DNA from: Alphaproteobacteria bacterium
GTDB lineage: Bacteria; Pseudomonadota; Alphaproteobacteria; CALKHQ01
Assembly (NCBI GenBank): GCA_965227515.1
Contig: CBDDFZ010000001.1
Location: 2,880,001-2,944,000 of the forward strand
Direction: 5' to 3'
DNA: 64,000 nucleotides
The translations under genes were made by a program, and so were the position numbers. This document shows, piece by piece, positions 1 through 11,440 of this stretch (position 1 is the first letter of the stretch; each line of letters opens with the position of its first letter). The notes below the pieces were generated by a model, which was given only the letters and a program-made list of their open reading frames with translations, was not told the DNA's origin and ran no database searches.

Positions 1-2
1 CG

Positions 3-1211
3 GCGCTGGCGACGACGGCGCGCGCCGATGCGTTCGCGGGCCGCGTGTCCGTGACCTATACGCCGGCCGGCGATGCGGCCGCGCGCGAGGCGGCATTGCT
101 CGATGCCCAGGCCCAGGTGATGTCGATGGTTCTGCAACGGCTGACGTCCAGCCGCGACCATGGACGGCTGCCGCAGGCCAGCGGACCGAACGTGCCGGGC
201 TATGTGCGCGAGGTAACCGTGCTCACCGAAACCGACGACGGCGGCGGGACCCGCATGGATGTGCGGGTCAGCATGCGCTCCGACGCGCTGACCCAGATGC
301 TCGACAGCCTGGGGCTGGAATACTGGACCAACCGCGCGCCGAACCTGGTGCTGGTCGCGGTCGACCAGCGCTCGGGCACGCCCACGCTGTGGGGCGGGGT
401 CAATCCGTGGCTGGATGCCTGGGGGCTGGATGACCACAGCGGCGATCTGGTGCCGTTGCTGGTGCCCTATGGTGAGATCGGCGACCTGCGCACGATCACG
501 GTGGAACAGGCGGTCGCGGGCGACGCGGTGGCGCTGCAGGCCCTGGCCAACAAGTACGGCGCGGCCGGTGCGCTGGTCGCCATCGTACGGACCGACGGCA
601 TCGACCTGATGGCGTACGGCCCCGAGGTGCCGGAGATCGACATCCAGGTGCCGGTGCCGGCGGGCGGCGACCTGACCACGGCGGTTGGCGCGGCGGTCGA
701 GGCGCTGAGCCGGCAGTGGGTCGACGACAATCTGGTGCCGAGCTTCGACGGCCCGGTGTCGCCCATCGACCTGATGGTAACGTTCACCAACTTCCAGGAC
801 TGGGCCGAGATCCGCCGCCGGCTGACCGAGTCGCCGGTGATCGAGCGCATCGAGGTGCCGACCATGGCGGCCGGCCAGGCCCATGTGGTTATCTACCACT
901 ACGCCGACCTGTCCACGGCGACGCGGGAACTGGCCGCGGCGGGCCTGGAGATGCAGGCTGGCGTGCCAGGCCCGATGTCGCACAGCGGCTATGTGCTACG
1001 GCTGGCGCCCGGTGTCTCGCCGCAGGCGGTGGTGGACGGCAACGTGCCGCAGCAGCCGGGCCAGCCCTTGAACCTCCACATCGTGCCGGGGCCGCCCGGC
1101 ATTGTCAGCGAAGGCGACCAGGGCGGCCAGCCCGGCCCCGCGGGCAGCGATTTCGGCATTTCGCCTGACGCGACCTCCATCCCGTCCTTGCAGTTCCGCC
1201 CGCAGCAATAA
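3..1211 (+). CDS. DUF2066-family exported protein, 5'-truncated by window edge
   Basis: Frame is open from base 3 (ALATTARA-DAF, the end of a signal-peptide-like stretch). Motifs PLLVPYGEIGDL, LANKYGA and FQDWAEIRRRL, plus the position upstream of hdaA, fit alphaproteobacterial DUF2066. Confidence 0.7.
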   Translation, partial: ALATTARADAFAGRVSVTYTPAGDAAAREAALLDAQAQVMSMVLQRLTSSRDHGRLPQASGPNVPGYVREVTVLTETDDGGGTRMDVRVSMRSDALTQMLDSLGLEYWTNRAPNLVLVAVDQRSGTPTLWGGVNPWLDAWGLDDHSGDLVPLLVPYGEIGDLRTITVEQAVAGDAVALQALANKYGAAGALVAIVRTDGIDLMAYGPEVPEIDIQVPVPAGGDLTTAVGAAVEALSRQWVDDNLVPSFDGPVSPIDLMVTFTNFQDWAEIRRRLTESPVIERIEVPTMAAGQAHVVIYHYADLSTATRELAAAGLEMQAGVPGPMSHSGYVLRLAPGVSPQAVVDGNVPQQPGQPLNLHIVPGPPGIVSEGDQGGQPGPAGSDFGISPDATSIPSLQFRPQQ

Positions 1212-1276
1212 CCGATTGGCTGCCGCGCGCCGCGTGGGGTCTTGCCCGCGCGGGGTTTTGCGGTCACATGAAGGCC

Positions 1277-1996
1277 ATGAGCAATGGGCAATTGACGCTG
1301 GCGTTCGACCGGTCGGTTTCGTTCGCGCCGAGCGACTATGTGGTGACCGACGCGAACCAGGCGGCGCGCCAGACGGTGGACGCCCGGGCGGTCTGGCCGC
1401 ATTTCGCGCAGGCGCTGGTCGGGCCTGTCGGGGCCGGCAAGACCCATCTGGCCCACATCTGGCTTGGCGACGGTGGCGGCACTCATCTGCCGGCGGCGCG
1501 ACTCGGCGAGGTCGACATCGCCGCGGTGCTGGCGGACGTGCCGCGTGTCGCGCTGGACATGGGAGAACTTGCGGCACCGCCGCCCGCGCTCGAGGAACCG
1601 TTGCTGCATCTCTACAATGCGGTCGGCGAGGCGGACGGCCGCCTGTTGCTGGTGGCGCGCGAGCTGCCGGCGCGCTGGCCGGTGTCTCTGCCCGACCTGC
1701 GTTCGCGCCTGGCGGTGATCCCGGTGGTCGAACTGCCGCCGCCGGACGACGACCTGCTGGTCGCCGTGATCGCCAAGCAGGCGACCGACCGGCAGATCCA
1801 CATCGACGCCGACGTGATTACGATGATCGTCAAGCGCATCGACCGCACCTATGTCGAGGCGCAACGGGTCGTGGCCGCCCTGGATGCCAAGGCGATGGCG
1901 ACACGGCGGTCGATCAACCGCGGCTTGGCGGGCGACGTGCTGCGCGAACTGGGCTATATCCCAGCGCCAACAAACATTGACGAGACAACGGGGTAG
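1277..1996 (+). CDS. hdaA: DnaA regulatory inactivator HdaA
   Basis: N-terminal clamp-binding motif QLTLAF, Walker [26 protein letters not shown]. Alternative start at 1268. Confidence 0.88.
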   Translation: MSNGQLTLAFDRSVSFAPSDYVVTDANQAARQTVDARAVWPHFAQALVGPVGAGKTHLAHIWLGDGGGTHLPAARLGEVDIAAVLADVPRVALDMGELAAPPPALEEPLLHLYNAVGEADGRLLLVARELPARWPVSLPDLRSRLAVIPVVELPPPDDDLLVAVIAKQATDRQIHIDADVITMIVKRIDRTYVEAQRVVAALDAKAMATRRSINRGLAGDVLRELGYIPAPTNIDETTG

Positions 1997-1998
1997 CG

Positions 1999-2778
1999 AT
2001 GGATCTGGGAATTGCCGGCCGCAAGGCGATCGTATGCGCGGCCAGCCGTGGGCTTGGCCGGGCGTGCGCCACGGCGCTGGCGGCCAATGGCGTCGACGTG
2101 GTGATCAACGCACGCGGTGCCGAGGCGTTGGAGGCGACGGCCGAGGACATCCGCCAAGCGCACGGCGTCAAGGTGACGGCGGTGGCCTGCGACATCACCA
2201 CGCCGGCCGGGCGCGACGAGGTGCTGGCCGCATGCCCGGACCCGGACATCCTGGTGAACAATGCGGGCGGGCCGCCGCCCGGCGACTTCCGCGATTGGAC
2301 CGACGAGGACTGGCACAAGGCGGTGCAGGCCAACATGATCACCGCGATCATGCTGATCCAGGCGGTTGTGGACAAAATGCGCGAACGCGGGTTCGGGCGC
2401 ATCGTCAACATCACGTCGGCGGCGGTGAAGTCGCCTATTCCGACCCTCGGGCTCTCGAACGGTGCGCGGGCGGGGCTGACCGGGTTCTGCGCCGGCCTGT
2501 CGCGGCAGGTGGCGCGCGACAACGTGACCATCAACAACATGCTGCCGGGCCCGTTCGAGACCGACCGGCTGACCAGCAATATCCAGATGGCGGCGGACAA
2601 GGCCGGTGTGGACTTCGACACCATCGCCAAGGAACGCGCGGCGCAGAACCCGAGCGGCCGGTTCGGCCAGCCGGAGGAGTTCGGCGCGATCTGCGGCTTC
2701 CTGTGCAGCGCCCATGCCGGCTACATCGTCGGCCAGAACATCACCGTCGACGGCGGCCTGTTCAACAGCACGTTCTGA
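1999..2778 (+). CDS. SDR family oxidoreductase (3-oxoacyl-ACP reductase-like)
   Basis: AASRGLG Rossmann motif, [31 protein letters not shown]. Confidence 0.9.
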   Translation: MDLGIAGRKAIVCAASRGLGRACATALAANGVDVVINARGAEALEATAEDIRQAHGVKVTAVACDITTPAGRDEVLAACPDPDILVNNAGGPPPGDFRDWTDEDWHKAVQANMITAIMLIQAVVDKMRERGFGRIVNITSAAVKSPIPTLGLSNGARAGLTGFCAGLSRQVARDNVTINNMLPGPFETDRLTSNIQMAADKAGVDFDTIAKERAAQNPSGRFGQPEEFGAICGFLCSAHAGYIVGQNITVDGGLFNSTF

Positions 2779-2858
2779 CTTGTGTCCAGAACGGTCACGC
2801 AACCGCAATTGTGGCGTGCTATGTATATGACCAGCTTGAACAATTGACCGGGCCAGAA

Positions 2859-5120
2859 ATGTCGTCGTCCACGGCGCTGCAGAAGATCAAGGATGAGGTG
2901 GTGCAGGTCGGCGAAGAGGCCACCGGGAAGGACGCGCAGACTGCCGCGCAGAGTGCCGCGAAGACCAAGCAGCGCTCGGGCACGCCGCGCGCCAAGACGC
3001 CTGCCATACGTCGACGGGCGGACCGCTTCATCAACCGCGAACTCTCCTGGCTCGCCTTCAACCAGCGTGTGCTGGACGAGGCGGAGAACCACAATCACCC
3101 GCTGTTCGAACGGGTGCGGTTCCTGTCGATCTCGGCCAGCAACCTGGACGAGTTCTACATGGTGCGCGTCGCCGGCCTGAAGAGCCAGGTGGACGCGCGG
3201 CTGGACATGCGCAGTGCCGACGGCATGACCCCGGCGGAGCAGTTGGTGGCGATCAACCAGCGTGCGGCCGCGCTGATGGACGACCAGCAGCGTGTCTGGG
3301 ACAAGCTGCAGCAGGAACTGGCGGAGGCGGGACTGGCCATCGTGGGGCAGGACGACCTGTCCGAAGCCGACCTGGTCTGGCTGTCCGACCATTTCCTGGA
3401 GCATATCTTCCCAGTGCTGACGCCGTTGGCGATCGATCCCGCCCATCCGTTTCCGTTCCTGCCCAATCTGGCGTCGGCGCTGATCCTGCAACTTGAGAAC
3501 AAGGAGCAGGACCATTCGGTGCAGGCGCTGGTGCCGCTGCCGCAGCAGGTGAAGCGTTTCGTCCGCCTGCCCGATTCGCCGGTGCGTTTCGTGCGGCTTG
3601 AAGTGCTGGTGGAAATGTTCCTGGGCGAGCTTTTCCCCAAGTTTTCAGTGGTTTCCAGCGGTGTCTTCAGATTGATCCGGGACAGCGAGGTGGAGATCGA
3701 CGAAGAGGCCGAGGACCTGGTCCGCCACTTCGAGAGCGCCTTGAAGCGGCGCCGCCGCGGCAACACGATCCGGCTGACCTTCGGCGCCGACCTGCCGCAG
3801 CACCTCAAGCGCATCGTGATGCACAACCTCGAGATCGAGGAGATCGACGCCTTCAAGCTCACTGGCCTGACCGGTCTGCGCGACGTCAGCCAACTGATCA
3901 CCGACGACCTGCCCGGCCACGAGTTCCCGCCCTACCGCCCGCGCTTCCCGGAGCGGATCAAGGAGTTCGGCGGGGATTGCTTCGCGGCCATCCGGCAGAA
4001 GGACATGATCGTCCACCATCCGTACGAATCGTTCGACGTGGTGGTCGACTTCCTGCGCCAGGCGGCGGCCGACCCGGCGGTGATCGCGATCAAGCAGACC
4101 CTCTACCGCACCAGCGACGACTCCCCGATCATTCGCCAGCTCATCAATGCTGCCGAGCAGGGCAAGTCGGTGACCGCGCTCGTGGAGTTGAAGGCGCGGT
4201 TCGACGAAGAGGCGAACATCCGCTGGGCCCGCGACCTGGAACGCGCCGGCGTGTCGGTGATCTACGGCTTCGTCGACCTGAAGACCCACGCCAAGGTATC
4301 GATGGTGGTGCGGCGCGAGGGCACCGGCCTGCACACCTATTGCCATTTCGGCACCGGCAACTATCACCCGGTGACCGCGAAGATCTACACCGACCTGTCG
4401 TTCTTTACCGACGACCCCGCGCTGTGCCGCGACGCCGCGCGCACGTTCAACTTCATGACCAGCTATGCCTGGCCTGACCAGCTCGAGAAGCTGGCACTGG
4501 CGCCGCATTCCCTGCGCTCCACGCTGGTGGAGCTGATCGACGAGGAGATCGTGCACGCCAAGGCGGGCCGGCCGGCCGCGATCTGGGTCAAGCTGAACGC
4601 ATTGGTCGATGCCGACATCATCGACCGGCTCTACGACGCCTCGCAAGCCGGCGTGGAGATCGACCTCGTCATTCGCGGCATCTGTTGCCTGCGGCCCGGG
4701 GTGAAGGGCCTTTCCGAGCGCATCCGCGTGCGCAGCATCGTCGGCCGCTTCCTGGAGCACTCACGCATCGTTTGCTTCGGGGCCGGCCACGGGCTGCCGT
4801 CGCCGCAGGCGCGGGTGTTCATCTCGTCGGCCGACTGGATGCCCCGGAACCTCAACCGCCGGGTCGAGACCCTGGTGCCGATCGAGAACGAGACCGTGCA
4901 CCAGCAGGTGCTGGACCAGATCATGATGGCCAGCCTGAAGGACAATATGCAAAGCTGGACCCTGGATGCGGAAGGCACGTTCCATCGCGTGGTTTCCGAC
5001 GATCAGGAGTTTTCGGCCCACCAATACTTCATGACCAATCCGTCGCTGTCCGGTCGCGGGTCGTCGCTGGAGTACGACCGGCCGGCGATGATCGCGACGG
5101 CTTCGGTCGCGACTGACTAG
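2859..5120 (+). CDS. ppk1: Polyphosphate kinase 1
   Basis: [58 protein letters not shown]. Start taken at ATG 2859 inside the longer ORF. Confidence 0.96.
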   Translation: MSSSTALQKIKDEVVQVGEEATGKDAQTAAQSAAKTKQRSGTPRAKTPAIRRRADRFINRELSWLAFNQRVLDEAENHNHPLFERVRFLSISASNLDEFYMVRVAGLKSQVDARLDMRSADGMTPAEQLVAINQRAAALMDDQQRVWDKLQQELAEAGLAIVGQDDLSEADLVWLSDHFLEHIFPVLTPLAIDPAHPFPFLPNLASALILQLENKEQDHSVQALVPLPQQVKRFVRLPDSPVRFVRLEVLVEMFLGELFPKFSVVSSGVFRLIRDSEVEIDEEAEDLVRHFESALKRRRRGNTIRLTFGADLPQHLKRIVMHNLEIEEIDAFKLTGLTGLRDVSQLITDDLPGHEFPPYRPRFPERIKEFGGDCFAAIRQKDMIVHHPYESFDVVVDFLRQAAADPAVIAIKQTLYRTSDDSPIIRQLINAAEQGKSVTALVELKARFDEEANIRWARDLERAGVSVIYGFVDLKTHAKVSMVVRREGTGLHTYCHFGTGNYHPVTAKIYTDLSFFTDDPALCRDAARTFNFMTSYAWPDQLEKLALAPHSLRSTLVELIDEEIVHAKAGRPAAIWVKLNALVDADIIDRLYDASQAGVEIDLVIRGICCLRPGVKGLSERIRVRSIVGRFLEHSRIVCFGAGHGLPSPQARVFISSADWMPRNLNRRVETLVPIENETVHQQVLDQIMMASLKDNMQSWTLDAEGTFHRVVSDDQEFSAHQYFMTNPSLSGRGSSLEYDRPAMIATASVATD

Positions 5121-5131
5121 GTCTTTGGTAC

Positions 5132-6634
5132 ATGCCCAAGTTTGAGCGCGCCGTCGATCAGGCGCGGTTGGCGGTTATCGATATCGGCTCCAACTCGGTG
5201 CGGATGATCGTCTATGACGGCATGCACCGCGCCGCCCAGCCCATATTCAACGAGAAGGCGAATTGCGGGCTTGGGTCCCAGGCGGCCGAGCCAGGCATGC
5301 TGGACGACAAATCCATCGCGCGCACCGTCACCACACTGGTGCGCTTCTGTCGTATCGCACGGGCCATGGATGTGGCCGACATTGACGCGTTCGCGACGGC
5401 GGCCGTGCGCGATGCCAACAACCGTGACGCGCTGTTGGCCGCGATCGATCGCGCCTGCGGGCTGAAGGTCGAGGTGCTGAGCGGCGAGGACGAGGCCCGG
5501 ATGGCCGCGGCCGGCGTGCTGGCGTCCTTCCGGAACGCGACGGGTGTGACCGGCGACCTGGGCGGTGGCAGCCTGGAGTTGGTGGCGCTGGAGAACGGGC
5601 GGCAGGAGCGTCACGCGACCATGCCGCTGGGCGTCGTGCGGCTGATCGACGCCACCGGGGCCAAGCCGATCGCCATCGAGAGGGTGATCGAGGCCGAGAT
5701 GTCGCAACTGGCGTGGCTGGACGACGCCAAGTCGGACGTATTCTATGTTGTCGGTGGGGCATGGCGGGCGCTGGCGCGCACCTTCATGAACGCCATCGAC
5801 TATCCGCTGCACATTGTGCATGCGCTGCCGGTGCCCTGCGGCGACATGATCGACTTCGCCCGTGTGATCGAGCGCATGGACAGCTACGATGAGGGGCTGG
5901 TTCGCGGTCTGTCGCGCCGGCGCGTCGAGATGCTGCCGGTGGCCGCCACCCTGATGCGCGTGGTGCTCAATCATCTGCGCCCGAAGACCGTCGTGTTCTC
6001 GGCCCATGGCGTGCGGGAGGGACGGCATTTCCAGCGCCTGAGCGCCGCCGAGCAGGCCCGCGACCCTTTGCTGGCGGCGTGCACGGCGCTGGCCCAGGAC
6101 ACGCCGCGCTTCAAGCTGACCGCCGAGGATGTCTTCGACTGGATGTCGCCGGCATTCGGTGCGGAGACGGACGAGCAGCGCCGCTGGCGCCGCGCGGCGT
6201 GCGTGGTGGCCGATATCGGCTGGCGCCACCATCCGGACTACCGACCGGAACAGGTCTACCGCCGGTTGCTGCTGATGCCGGCTATGGGCCTAGACCACGA
6301 GGGCAGGGCGTTCCTCGCCGCCGCCGGCTTCGCGCGCCACTCCCACCATATCGACCATCCCTGCCTGAAGCCGTCTTTCGCGCTGTTGGAGGCGGACCGG
6401 CTGCGCGCCGCGTTCCTGACCGGAGCGGCGCAGCGATTGGCCTATGAATTGAGCGGGGGCGATCCGGCGGTGCTGAAAGCCTGCAGCCTGGAGCGCGAGG
6501 GCGACGACTTCGTGGTGACCGCCGACGATGTGTTGCCGGACATCATGGACCCGATCATCCAGCGGCGGCTGAACCAGATGTCGCGCCTGGTGGCGACCGA
6601 TGTCGGGGCGGTGGAGACGGCGGCGGTCGCCTGA
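5132..6634 (+). CDS. ppx: Exopolyphosphatase Ppx/GppA
   Basis: IDIGSNSVR, ATAAVRDA, DLGGGSLE, GVREG; directly follows ppk1. Confidence 0.94.
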   Translation: MPKFERAVDQARLAVIDIGSNSVRMIVYDGMHRAAQPIFNEKANCGLGSQAAEPGMLDDKSIARTVTTLVRFCRIARAMDVADIDAFATAAVRDANNRDALLAAIDRACGLKVEVLSGEDEARMAAAGVLASFRNATGVTGDLGGGSLELVALENGRQERHATMPLGVVRLIDATGAKPIAIERVIEAEMSQLAWLDDAKSDVFYVVGGAWRALARTFMNAIDYPLHIVHALPVPCGDMIDFARVIERMDSYDEGLVRGLSRRRVEMLPVAATLMRVVLNHLRPKTVVFSAHGVREGRHFQRLSAAEQARDPLLAACTALAQDTPRFKLTAEDVFDWMSPAFGAETDEQRRWRRAACVVADIGWRHHPDYRPEQVYRRLLLMPAMGLDHEGRAFLAAAGFARHSHHIDHPCLKPSFALLEADRLRAAFLTGAAQRLAYELSGGDPAVLKACSLEREGDDFVVTADDVLPDIMDPIIQRRLNQMSRLVATDVGAVETAAVA

Positions 6635-6659
6635 CCGTTGCCTCGCTGCGGCCTGGCGC

Positions 6660-7880
6660 TCAGGACGGGCTGGCAGCCCGTTCGAACACCTGGACTTCCT
6701 TGCCCTCGGCCGCCAGGCCCAGTTCGCCGCGTGCCACACGCAGCGCATCGGCGCCGAACACTTCGCCGCGCCAGCCTTGCAGGGCGCGCACCTTCGCCTT
6801 GGCCCCGAAGGCGGCGATATGCTCCAGGTCGTCGCCGGTGGCCAGCAGCTTCGGCGCCACGTCGTGCTTCTGGCAGCGCATCCGCAGCAGCACCTTCAAC
6901 AGGTCGACAATCGGGTCCAGGCCCGACGGCAGGTCGGCCCGCGACGGCAGTTTCGGTGCTGCGGAATCGGGAAGCTCCAATCCGCGCTCGACCGCGGCCA
7001 GGATATGGCGCCCCTGGTTGCCGCGCACCGCATTCTTGCCCAGACCGCGAGTGCGTTCCAGCGCCTCCACCGTCGTCGGCTGGCGGGCGGCGATCTCGGC
7101 CAGCGACTCGTCGCGCACGATCCGGTTGCGCGGCACGTCGCAGCGCTGCGCCTCGCGCTCCCGCCATGCCGCCAGCTCGCGCAAGACTTTCAGCACCTTC
7201 GGGCGCGCGTTGCGCACCTTGATCCGCCGCCAGGCGTCGCTGGGATCGGTCTCGTAGAGCGACGGGTCGGCCAGGGCGGCCATGTCGTCCGCCACCCAGT
7301 CCAGCCGACCCGACTTGCGCAGCCGATCCTGCATCGCCTCATAGACCGGCCGCAGATAGACCACGTCGCTCAGCGCATACTCCATCTGCTGCGCGCTCAG
7401 CGGGCGGGCGGCCCAATCGGTGAAGCGCGCGCCCTTGTCGATCCTGACGCCGGCCAGCTTGGAGACCAGGGTGTCATAGGCCGCCTGGTCGCCGAAACCG
7501 CAGACCATGGCCGCGATCTGGGTATCGAACACCGGCGCCGGCAACTTGTCGGACAGGCGCGCGAAGATCTCCATGTCCTGGCGCGCGGCGTGCAGCACCT
7601 TCACGATGCCCGGGTCGTGGAACAGCTCCAGGATCGGCGACAGGTCGATGCCGGGCGCCAGCGGGTCGATCAGCGCGCTGTGCTGGGCGCCCGCGACCTG
7701 CAACAGGCAGAGCTTCGGATAGTAGGTGCTCTCGCGATGGAACTCGGTGTCGACGGTGATGTAGTCGTCGCCCGCCACCGCCTCGCAGAACGCGGCAACC
7801 GCCGCGGTCTCGGTCAGCAGCACCAGTTGGCTTTCGTCGATGCGCGGTGGGGTCTGGCGCTGGCGTCGGTCGGCATTCAT
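6660..7880 (-). CDS. rnd: Ribonuclease D
   Basis: VDTEFHRESTYYPKLCLLQ, KVLHAARQD, FDTQIAA, TDWAARPL, YALSDV, followed by an HRDC region. Start could be 7904. Confidence 0.95.
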   Translation of the reverse strand: MNADRRQRQTPPRIDESQLVLLTETAAVAAFCEAVAGDDYITVDTEFHRESTYYPKLCLLQVAGAQHSALIDPLAPGIDLSPILELFHDPGIVKVLHAARQDMEIFARLSDKLPAPVFDTQIAAMVCGFGDQAAYDTLVSKLAGVRIDKGARFTDWAARPLSAQQMEYALSDVVYLRPVYEAMQDRLRKSGRLDWVADDMAALADPSLYETDPSDAWRRIKVRNARPKVLKVLRELAAWREREAQRCDVPRNRIVRDESLAEIAARQPTTVEALERTRGLGKNAVRGNQGRHILAAVERGLELPDSAAPKLPSRADLPSGLDPIVDLLKVLLRMRCQKHDVAPKLLATGDDLEHIAAFGAKAKVRALQGWRGEVFGADALRVARGELGLAAEGKEVQVFERAASPS

Positions 7881-7983
7881 GGTGAGAGGCGTTGTATAGA
7901 CCAATTCGCCGAATTGGGAAAACCGTTAGCGGTTGTCCCGGCCCATCGGGCAAGACCGGGCTCAAGAGTGTCGTTTCCGAAGT

Positions 7984-8000
7984 GTAGCTATTTATGCTAC
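7984..8000 (+). promoter_or_regulatory. Putative parDE operator/promoter (GTAGC-N7-GCTAC inverted repeat overlapping a TATGCT -10-like hexamer)
   Basis: Short palindrome about 33 nt upstream of the antitoxin start. RHH antitoxins typically autorepress at such sites. Confidence 0.35.
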
Positions 8001-8032
8001 TCCATTCGTGCGCATGGAATGGAGCTTCGACG

Positions 8033-8302
8033 ATGGCACGCAATCCCAGCATTTCGCTAACCGAGCACCAGCAACTTTTTGTCGAGAAGCTGGTATCGAG
8101 CGGCCGCTACCATGGCGTTTCCGAAGTCGTGCGCGCCGGATTGCGGCTGCTGGAGGCTGAGGAGGAGAGCAGGCGTGCCGCACTGGAAAATCTGCGCAGC
8201 GGTGTTGCCGAAGGTCTGAGTGATATCGAACAAGGGCGGGTCCGAGAATTCGATGAGGAGCGCATCATCGCCATGGCGGAGCAAGCTCGATCAAACCGCT
8301 GA
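8033..8302 (+). CDS. parD: Type II antitoxin, ParD family (RHH)
   Basis: SISLTEHQQLFVEKLVSSGRYHGVSEVVRAGLRLLE is the ParD/CC2985 pattern. GGAG upstream of ATG 8033. Confidence 0.92.
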   Translation: MARNPSISLTEHQQLFVEKLVSSGRYHGVSEVVRAGLRLLEAEEESRRAALENLRSGVAEGLSDIEQGRVREFDEERIIAMAEQARSNR

Positions 8303-8598
8303 GGCTCCGCATCACCGAACGGGCCGAAGCTGACTTCGTCGATATTTGGGACTATATCGCGCGAGAATCGCCTGATCGTGCCAGCGGGTTCATTCGCGAG
8401 ATCAGGGCGCGGTTCAAACCGTTGTGCCTGCACCCGGAACTCGGTCCGTCGCGCGGCTCACTCGGCGAAGGCCTGAGGGTCCATTTCCACCGGGCCTATG
8501 CCATTTACTACCGCGCCACCGATACAGACCTCATCATCGTGCATGTGACGCACGGTTCGCGCGACATCGCCTCGTCTTTCGAGCCGCCAGAGCGCTGA
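8299..8598 (+). CDS. parE: Type II toxin, RelE/ParE family (absent from ORF track; non-canonical start)
   Basis: Hand translation: [99 protein letters not shown]. Overlaps the parD stop as CTGA. Confidence 0.88.
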   Translation: MRLRITERAEADFVDIWDYIARESPDRASGFIREIRARFKPLCLHPELGPSRGSLGEGLRVHFHRAYAIYYRATDTDLIIVHVTHGSRDIASSFEPPER

Positions 8599-8732
8599 CG
8601 GCGCCGCTGAAATTATGCCTGCTTGACATTGCCGCGCCGCGTGTGGACTTTCGCGGCGCTTTTCCACCCCATTTATCTGCCGGGCCCCACGGCTTGCCGA
8701 GCTGTTGGTCCAACCAGTCGAACGAGGCCATG

Positions 8733-10568
8733 ATGCACCCATATCGCACCCACAACTGCGACGAGCTTCGCCCTGAGCATGTGGGAGAGACGGTCCGGAT
8801 TTCAGGCTGGGTAGACCGCAAGCACGATCTGGGCGGGCTGCTGTTCGTGGAACTGCGGGACGATTTCGGCCTGACCCAGTGCGTCATCGAGACCGACCAC
8901 GAGCTGTTCGCGGCGGTCGAAGGGGTGCGCGTCGAAAGCGTGGTGACAGTGACCGGCCGGGTGGTCAAGCGGTCGGAGGAAACCATCAACCCGAAGCTGA
9001 GCACCGGCCTTGTCGAGATACGGATCGAGGGGTTCGAGGCGCAGTCGCAGGCCGAGGTGCTGCCGCTGATCGTGCACGGGGGCGAGGACACGGCGGAGGA
9101 CATTCGCCTGCGCTACCGCTTCCTCGACCTCAGGCGCGAGCGCATGCACGCCAACGTCAAGCTGCGCTCGGCGGTGATCGCGAGCATCCGCCAGCGGATG
9201 ATCGCGCAGGGCTTCCAGGAGTTCCAGACCCCGATCCTGACCGCAAGCTCGCCGGAGGGCGCGCGCGACTATCTGGTGCCGAGCCGCGTCCACCCCGGCA
9301 AGTTCTATGCGCTGCCGCAGGCGCCGCAGCAGTTCAAGCAGTTGCTGATGGTGGCCGGCTTCGACCGCTATTTCCAGATCGCGCCGTGCTTCCGCGACGA
9401 GGACAGCCGCGCTGACCGGTCGCCGGGCGAGTTCTACCAGCTCGACTTCGAGATGGCGTTCGTGACCCAGGAGGACGTGTTCGCGGCGCTGGAGCCGGTG
9501 CTCGCCGGGCTGTTCGAGGAATTCGGCCAGGGCCACGCGGTCGACAAGCCGCCGTTCCGCCGCATCCCGTTCGATGAGGCGATGCTGACCTATGGCTCCG
9601 ACAAGCCGGACCTGCGCAACCCGCTGGTCATCAGCGAGGCGACCGAGGTCTTCGCCGGCTCCGACTTCAAGATCTTCGCGCGCCAGATCGAGCAGGGGGC
9701 CGTTGTTCGCGCCATCCGCGCCCCGGGGGCGGCCGCCCGGCCGCGCAGCTTCTTCGACAAGCTGAACGACTGGGCGCGTGCCGAAGGCGCCGGCGGGCTC
9801 GGCTACGTGATCCTGCGCGAGGGCCGGGGCGACGGGCCGATCGCCAAGTTCCTGGTCGACGGGCGGCTGGAGCGCCTGCGCGAGCTGACCGGCGCCGAGG
9901 ACGGCGACGCCGTGTTCTTCTCCTGCGGCCAGCCGGAGGACGCCGCCCTGTTCGCGGGCGCCGCGCGCACACGGTTGTGCGACGAACTCGACCTGCTGGA
10001 GCGCGACGCCTTCCGCTTCTGCTGGATCGTCGACTTCCCGATGTTCGAGCGCGATGCGGACACAGGGGCCATCGAGTTCAGCCACAACCCGTTCTCGATG
10101 CCGCAGGGCGGGCTGGAGGCGCTGGAGACCCAGGACCCGCTGACCATCAAGGCGTGGCAGTACGACATCGTCTGCAACGGCGTCGAGTTGTCGTCTGGCG
10201 CCATTCGGAACCATCGCCCTGACATCATGATCAAGGCGTTCGGCATCGCGGGCTATCCGGCCGAGGAAGTGGAGGCGCGGTTCGGCGGTATGCTGAACGC
10301 GTTCCGCTATGGCGCGCCGCCGCACGGTGGGTCTGCGCCCGGCATCGACCGTATCGTCATGCTGCTGGCCGGTGAGCCGAACATCCGCGAAGTGATCGCC
10401 TTCCCGCTGAACCAGCGGGGCGAGGATCTGATGATGCAGGCGCCGGCGGAAGTGGAGATGGAGCGGCTGCGCGAACTGCGCCTGCGGGTGGTGTTGCCGC
10501 CGAAGAGCAAGACGGACGAAAAGGCGGATGCCAAACCGGAAGCGGGCCCGGACGGCCAATCTGGATAA
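8733..10568 (+). CDS. aspS: Aspartate-tRNA ligase
   Basis: [61 protein letters not shown]. Confidence 0.97.
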   Translation: MHPYRTHNCDELRPEHVGETVRISGWVDRKHDLGGLLFVELRDDFGLTQCVIETDHELFAAVEGVRVESVVTVTGRVVKRSEETINPKLSTGLVEIRIEGFEAQSQAEVLPLIVHGGEDTAEDIRLRYRFLDLRRERMHANVKLRSAVIASIRQRMIAQGFQEFQTPILTASSPEGARDYLVPSRVHPGKFYALPQAPQQFKQLLMVAGFDRYFQIAPCFRDEDSRADRSPGEFYQLDFEMAFVTQEDVFAALEPVLAGLFEEFGQGHAVDKPPFRRIPFDEAMLTYGSDKPDLRNPLVISEATEVFAGSDFKIFARQIEQGAVVRAIRAPGAAARPRSFFDKLNDWARAEGAGGLGYVILREGRGDGPIAKFLVDGRLERLRELTGAEDGDAVFFSCGQPEDAALFAGAARTRLCDELDLLERDAFRFCWIVDFPMFERDADTGAIEFSHNPFSMPQGGLEALETQDPLTIKAWQYDIVCNGVELSSGAIRNHRPDIMIKAFGIAGYPAEEVEARFGGMLNAFRYGAPPHGGSAPGIDRIVMLLAGEPNIREVIAFPLNQRGEDLMMQAPAEVEMERLRELRLRVVLPPKSKTDEKADAKPEAGPDGQSG

Positions 10569-10645
10569 AGCATTAATCTTCGTTTCGTTGCTTTGCACGG
10601 TTCTTGCCTGGATAGTCGTAGAAATTGCGACTCAGTGAGGTACAC

Positions 10646-11230
10646 ATGCGCAAGATCGTGGCCGTGGTCACCCCCGTACTGCTGGCCGGTTGCGGCATTC
10701 CCCCTGCGGTAAGCGTCGGGTCCTATGTCGTCGATGGCGTCGTGATGGCGACGACCGGCAAGAACATGCGCGACCATGCGCTGTCGACCGCCGCGCAGCA
10801 GGACTGCAACATGTTCCACGTCGTTGAAGGCGGAAACATCTGCCAGGACTACGAGCCCAACGACCGTGTCCGGATCGGCCTGTTGGGCCTGGAAGACAAC
10901 GAGCGGGTGTTTACGACAACTTCAGACGGGCGGGCGATCCTGGTCGCCGCCGATGGCCCCCCGACCGAGCGCGTCCTGACATCGTCGGCAAACGGGCGCG
11001 ATGTCATGGTGGCGATCGAGGACACGCCGAACTATGTATTCAACAGCGCGGTCGCCAACGACATTTCGGATGGCGGCGTGACCGAGCCGTCACCGGCACC
11101 GGCAGCCATGCTGTCGCAGGAAGTTGCGGAGGGCGAGGAACTTGCGGCCGTCGACCGGCTTACGTTGCCCAATTTGGCGCCGCGTGACCGGGTACCTTCG
11201 CCGCAACTATCTCACGCGGCGGCCCAGTAA
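10646..11230 (+). CDS. Putative lipoprotein
   Basis: GAGG then MRKIVAVVTPVLLAGC lipobox; TGKNMRDHALS..QDC..ICQ segment. Confidence 0.7.
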   Translation: MRKIVAVVTPVLLAGCGIPPAVSVGSYVVDGVVMATTGKNMRDHALSTAAQQDCNMFHVVEGGNICQDYEPNDRVRIGLLGLEDNERVFTTTSDGRAILVAADGPPTERVLTSSANGRDVMVAIEDTPNYVFNSAVANDISDGGVTEPSPAPAAMLSQEVAEGEELAAVDRLTLPNLAPRDRVPSPQLSHAAAQ

Positions 11231-11440
11231 TTGACACGTTTGCTGTTTCTTCTGCCTGTTTGTTGGGCTGGCGCGCGTTGAAGCGGCAGGAAAGGGCGGG
11301 CCTGCGGGCCGGTTTGGGCCGTTAGGACGGGCGCCCACCATGTTGTGAAGTGGCCGCGATGGCGTGTGGCCGCTGACTTGCATAAATGTTACCACGCAGT
11401 GACGGCCCGTCACGGCGACGAGCAACAGGGGCGATAGCTG

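Noticed and set aside
1851-2858. Long N-terminal extension of the ppk1 ORF
   Set aside because: Overlaps hdaA and the SDR gene in another frame and has no Ppk similarity; start placed at 2859.
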